NCBI GenBank assembly: GCA_032430995.1
Contig: GCA_032430995.1_3952.1
From: a phage
Strand: one strand, 5' to 3'
DNA length: 64,000 nucleotides
Shown here: in pieces, positions 61,035 through 64,000 of the stretch
How the letters are laid out: the number at the start of each line of letters is the position of its first letter
Numbering within the stretch: position 1 is the first letter of the stretch
Made by a program: the position numbers and the translations under genes
Notes under the pieces: generated by a model
Seen by the model: the letters and a program-made list of their open reading frames with translations, nothing else
The model's database searches: none
Told to the model about the DNA's origin: nothing

Positions 61035-61916
61035 ATGAAAACATCTATCCGTGTTACAGTTCATTCACCAACTAAAGGAACTCATGAAGAAGAGTTTAAC
61101 ATCATCCAATTTCCTTCTGGTGAGATTGGTGGACACTTTTCGCCAGAGTTTGTTGATTTCACTGCTTATGCAGCATCATCCATCAACAATGTGATTATGA
61201 TTGTAAAAGGTTATGATAAGGATACATTGTTTGCTGTGGCACTTGCTAAAGAAGCAATTGATGATTTAATTCCTCATGATTATGCTTTAAAGACTGTCAT
61301 CTTTTACTACTTACCAAATGCACGTTATGACCGTCACATGTTTAAAGGCGACGCAGCAGCTTTAAAGGTTTTTGCTAAACAGGTAAATGCAATGGGATTT
61401 GGTGCAGTCTGTGCAGTTGACCCTCACAGCTATGTACCAGATAACCTGTTTAACTGCTTCCAGAGTATTCCTCAAAAGGAAATTGCAGTCCACTATGCAA
61501 ATGACCCACTGATTGATTACTTAGTAGCCCCAGATGCAGGTGCTGCTAAGAAGATTGCAGAGACTGCTAAAGAGGTGGATAAACCATATATCACAATGTC
61601 TAAAGTACGCAACCTTAAGACTGGTGAAATTACTGGTATGCGAATCCTTGATGATGTTGATTTGACAGATAAAACCGTCATGATTCTGGATGATATCTGT
61701 GATGGTGGTCGAACCTTCATAGAAGCAGCTAAACATCTTCGTGAAGCAGGTGCAAAACGTGTGGAACTCTATGTAACACACGGTATCTTCTCTAAAGATG
61801 TTGAAAACCTTCTTGGCAATGGCATTGACCACATCTACACTACAAACTCTTTAGGGGAAGCTAAAGACCGTGGCTTAACACATTATGGTCAAGTTACTGT
61901 AGCAAACCTTGATTGA
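61035..61916 (+). CDS. ribose-phosphate pyrophosphokinase family protein (PRPP synthetase-like; candidate ADP-ribose pyrophosphokinase of an NAD+ salvage pair)
   Basis: PRPP-binding loop VMILDDICDGGRTF; adjacent to NAMPT-like gene; ATG 61035 with GAGAGAGAA RBS. Confidence 0.6.
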   Translation: MKTSIRVTVHSPTKGTHEEEFNIIQFPSGEIGGHFSPEFVDFTAYAASSINNVIMIVKGYDKDTLFAVALAKEAIDDLIPHDYALKTVIFYYLPNARYDRHMFKGDAAALKVFAKQVNAMGFGAVCAVDPHSYVPDNLFNCFQSIPQKEIAVHYANDPLIDYLVAPDAGAAKKIAETAKEVDKPYITMSKVRNLKTGEITGMRILDDVDLTDKTVMILDDICDGGRTFIEAAKHLREAGAKRVELYVTHGIFSKDVENLLGNGIDHIYTTNSLGEAKDRGLTHYGQVTVANLD

Positions 61917-61924
61917 AACTTTAT

Positions 61925-61946
61925 AGGGGCTTAAAAGCCCCATTTT
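61925..61946 (+). terminator. terminator-like hairpin between the PRPP-synthetase-like and NAMPT-like genes
   Basis: GGGGC-TTAAAA-GCCCC followed by ATTTT. Confidence 0.45.
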
Positions 61947-61961
61947 GAGAGAGATTAAAAG

Positions 61962-63743
61962 ATGACTAAATCACTTTATGCAGTACCAGCAGGTTTAAAC
62001 GCAGATGCTTACAAATCTGGTCATGTTTACCAGTACCCTAGTGCAACAGAGTACTTGATGTTCAACCTGACACCACGTAGTGACAAATGGTTTAACAGCC
62101 CCTTAGCAATTGATGGTGTAGTAGCTTTTGGTATTCAACGTTTCGTTAAAGATTACTTGATAGACCACTGGAACGCCACTTTCTTTGAACGTGATAAAAA
62201 AGAAGCCATTGATGAAATCTTAGAAGTCATGAATGGTGTTCTGGGTAAAGATGCTATCGGTCGAGAGCATTGGGAAGCACTTCACGACTTAGGTTATCTA
62301 CCAGTTGAAGTATACGCTGTAGAAGAAGGTACAGTTGTTCCTATGCGTGTACCAATGATTGTCTTCCAGAACACTGTTTCAGGTTTCCATTGGATAGCGG
62401 GATATCTGGAAGATGCTTTCTCTGCTGAGATTTGGAAGGCTTGTACCATTGCAACTATTGCATTGCATTATAAACGCATCTGTAAGAAGTGGGCTGACCT
62501 TACTTGCGACAATGACTTACATTTACCTTATCAGTGCCATGACTTTGCTATGCGTGGTATGTCCGGCTTTACTGATGACGCATTTAACGCTGTAGGCCAC
62601 TTAACCAGCTTTAAAGGGACTGATAGCTTCCCTGCTGTATATACAGCTAAACGCATCTACGGACAGTCTTACCTAGTCTCTGATATTGGTGGTTCTGTAC
62701 CAGCCACTGAACACTCTGTAATGTGTGCAAACATTGCTTGGGAAGGTGGTAATGAGTTGGTTGAAGAAGAAAGACGCTTTAAAGGTGAGTTGCAAACCTT
62801 CCGTCGCTTCTTAACAGAAACTTATCCAACTGGTATTGCAAGTGTTGTTTCAGACACTTATAACTTCTGGAGAACTGTGTCAGAAATCTTACCAGCACTC
62901 CGTAAAGAAATTATGGAACGTGATGGCAAACTGGTAATTCGTCCTGACTCTGGAGACCCTGTACACATTGTCACAGGTTATAAAGCAATCCACTTAGAGT
63001 GTGCTAAAAAGGCTTATTATGAGCACCTAAGCAATCTGGAAGCCAGTGACACAATGCTGAATGCTGTTCTGAACATGAAGCTTGAAAACATCAGCTATGG
63101 TATTGCTGGATGGCTACTGTCAGAAGGCTACGAAATGGTTGTTGACAGAGAAGACTTTGAAGTTGCTGATACAGTGATGTTGAAGAACGCTTATATGGTT
63201 GGTTCTGCAAACGTTGTAACACGCCCTGTAGCAGAGATTGATGGAGCTATTAAGACCTTGTATAACATCTTTGGAGGAACTATTAACTCTAAAGGTTTTA
63301 AGGTACTGGATGAGCACATTGGCCTTATCTATGGCGACTCTATCACGTTGGAACGTGCAAACGAAATCCTGAAGCGTCTGTATGAAATGGGGTTTGCAAG
63401 CTCTAACGTGGTGTTTGGTGTAGGCTCTTACACTTACCAGTACATGACTCGTGACACCTTTGCATTTGCTGTCAAAGCAACTCTTGCAAGCATTGGTGGC
63501 AAAGAGATTATGCTTGCAAAAGACCCTAAAACAGATAGTGGTGTTAAGAAATCTGCCTTTGGTGGTGTAGCACCTATGTGGGATGGTGAGAATTTGAAAG
63601 CTGTAGATGGCTATGGATTCCAGAGCTTTGCAGATGCACTTGAACATCCAGCTTGTGCTTTACGTTTAGTCTTTAGCGACTCTGAGCAGTACGGTTACAC
63701 AACTCTTGGTGATATTCGAAATAATATTGACAAGCAGCTTTAA
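61962..63743 (+). CDS. nicotinamide phosphoribosyltransferase family protein (NadV/NAMPT-like)
   Basis: 593 aa; N-terminal DAYKSGHVYQYPSATEYLMFNLTPR matches the NAMPT-family D-x-YK-x-x-H-x-x-QYP block. Confidence 0.7.
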   Translation: MTKSLYAVPAGLNADAYKSGHVYQYPSATEYLMFNLTPRSDKWFNSPLAIDGVVAFGIQRFVKDYLIDHWNATFFERDKKEAIDEILEVMNGVLGKDAIGREHWEALHDLGYLPVEVYAVEEGTVVPMRVPMIVFQNTVSGFHWIAGYLEDAFSAEIWKACTIATIALHYKRICKKWADLTCDNDLHLPYQCHDFAMRGMSGFTDDAFNAVGHLTSFKGTDSFPAVYTAKRIYGQSYLVSDIGGSVPATEHSVMCANIAWEGGNELVEEERRFKGELQTFRRFLTETYPTGIASVVSDTYNFWRTVSEILPALRKEIMERDGKLVIRPDSGDPVHIVTGYKAIHLECAKKAYYEHLSNLEASDTMLNAVLNMKLENISYGIAGWLLSEGYEMVVDREDFEVADTVMLKNAYMVGSANVVTRPVAEIDGAIKTLYNIFGGTINSKGFKVLDEHIGLIYGDSITLERANEILKRLYEMGFASSNVVFGVGSYTYQYMTRDTFAFAVKATLASIGGKEIMLAKDPKTDSGVKKSAFGGVAPMWDGENLKAVDGYGFQSFADALEHPACALRLVFSDSEQYGYTTLGDIRNNIDKQL

Positions 63744-63756
63744 AAGTATATGATAA

Positions 63757-63780
63757 AAGGCTCCTACGGGAGCCTTTTTA
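63757..63780 (+). terminator. intrinsic terminator
   Basis: GGCTCC-TACG-GGAGCC hairpin followed by TTTTT. Confidence 0.65.
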
Positions 63781-63796
63781 ATTTCTGGAGAAGATT

Positions 63797-64000
63797 ATGA
63801 AAATCAAAGAGATGAACATCAACATTATCTTAGAAGAACGTTGGGAGAACATTAAGAAACCTGAAGATGGTAAAAAGTTCCTTAACAAAATTTTAGTAGC
63901 AGCTAAAGAAGAACTGACTGGCAAGATTGCAGCAGCAGTCACAATAAAAGTTTGTGTAAAAGGTCTTCCAGACAACCACCAATTTGCGCTTGACGAGTTT
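63797..64000 (+). CDS. hypothetical protein, 5' partial (runs off window end)
   Basis: ATG with GGAGAAG RBS; open frame to end of window. Confidence 0.35.
   Translation, partial: MKIKEMNINIILEERWENIKKPEDGKKFLNKILVAAKEELTGKIAAAVTIKVCVKGLPDNHQFALDEF

Noticed and set aside
63120-63647. 175 aa ORF on the minus strand
   Set aside because: Embedded antisense in the NAMPT-like gene.
63778-63975. 65 aa minus-strand ORF at window end
   Set aside because: A plus-strand partial CDS with RBS starting at 63797 is a better explanation for this segment.

Overview
This window reads as a contiguous piece of a virulent tailed dsDNA phage genome (AT-rich, densely packed, no integrase or repressor module seen). 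All calls are from reading the sequence by eye; no folding, tRNA-scanning or homology search was run. Layout: (1) 1-7300, a vWA-domain gene followed by sigma70-like promoters and an array of about 27 tRNA genes covering nearly all amino acids, interspersed with repeated structured non-coding elements and a few small ORFs; (2) 7300-31200, plus-strand structural module: large terminase, portal, lambda C/D/E-like protease-scaffold, decoration and major capsid, then sheath/tube-like proteins, a frameshifted chaperone pair, tape measure, baseplate genes and two His-x-His-repeat tail fibers; (3) 31240-42390, minus-strand block: thymidylate synthase, DHFR, many small unknown proteins, ATP-dependent DNA ligase and a family A DNA polymerase; (4) 42400-64000, plus-strand replication and nucleotide-metabolism block: dNMP kinase, primase-helicase, SSB-like protein, flap endonuclease, GIY-YIG and HNH endonucleases, MazG-like protein, NrdA/NrdB/NrdH/NrdD/NrdG, and a PRPP-synthetase-like gene next to a NAMPT-like gene. 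The best candidates for undescribed biology are a two-gene cassette of unknown proteins bracketed by two copies of a long G-poor composite repeat (34.8-36.5 kb), a family of repeated RNA-structure elements inside the tRNA array including a possible permuted tRNA-like element, and the block of small unknown early proteins at 32.7-39.6 kb.
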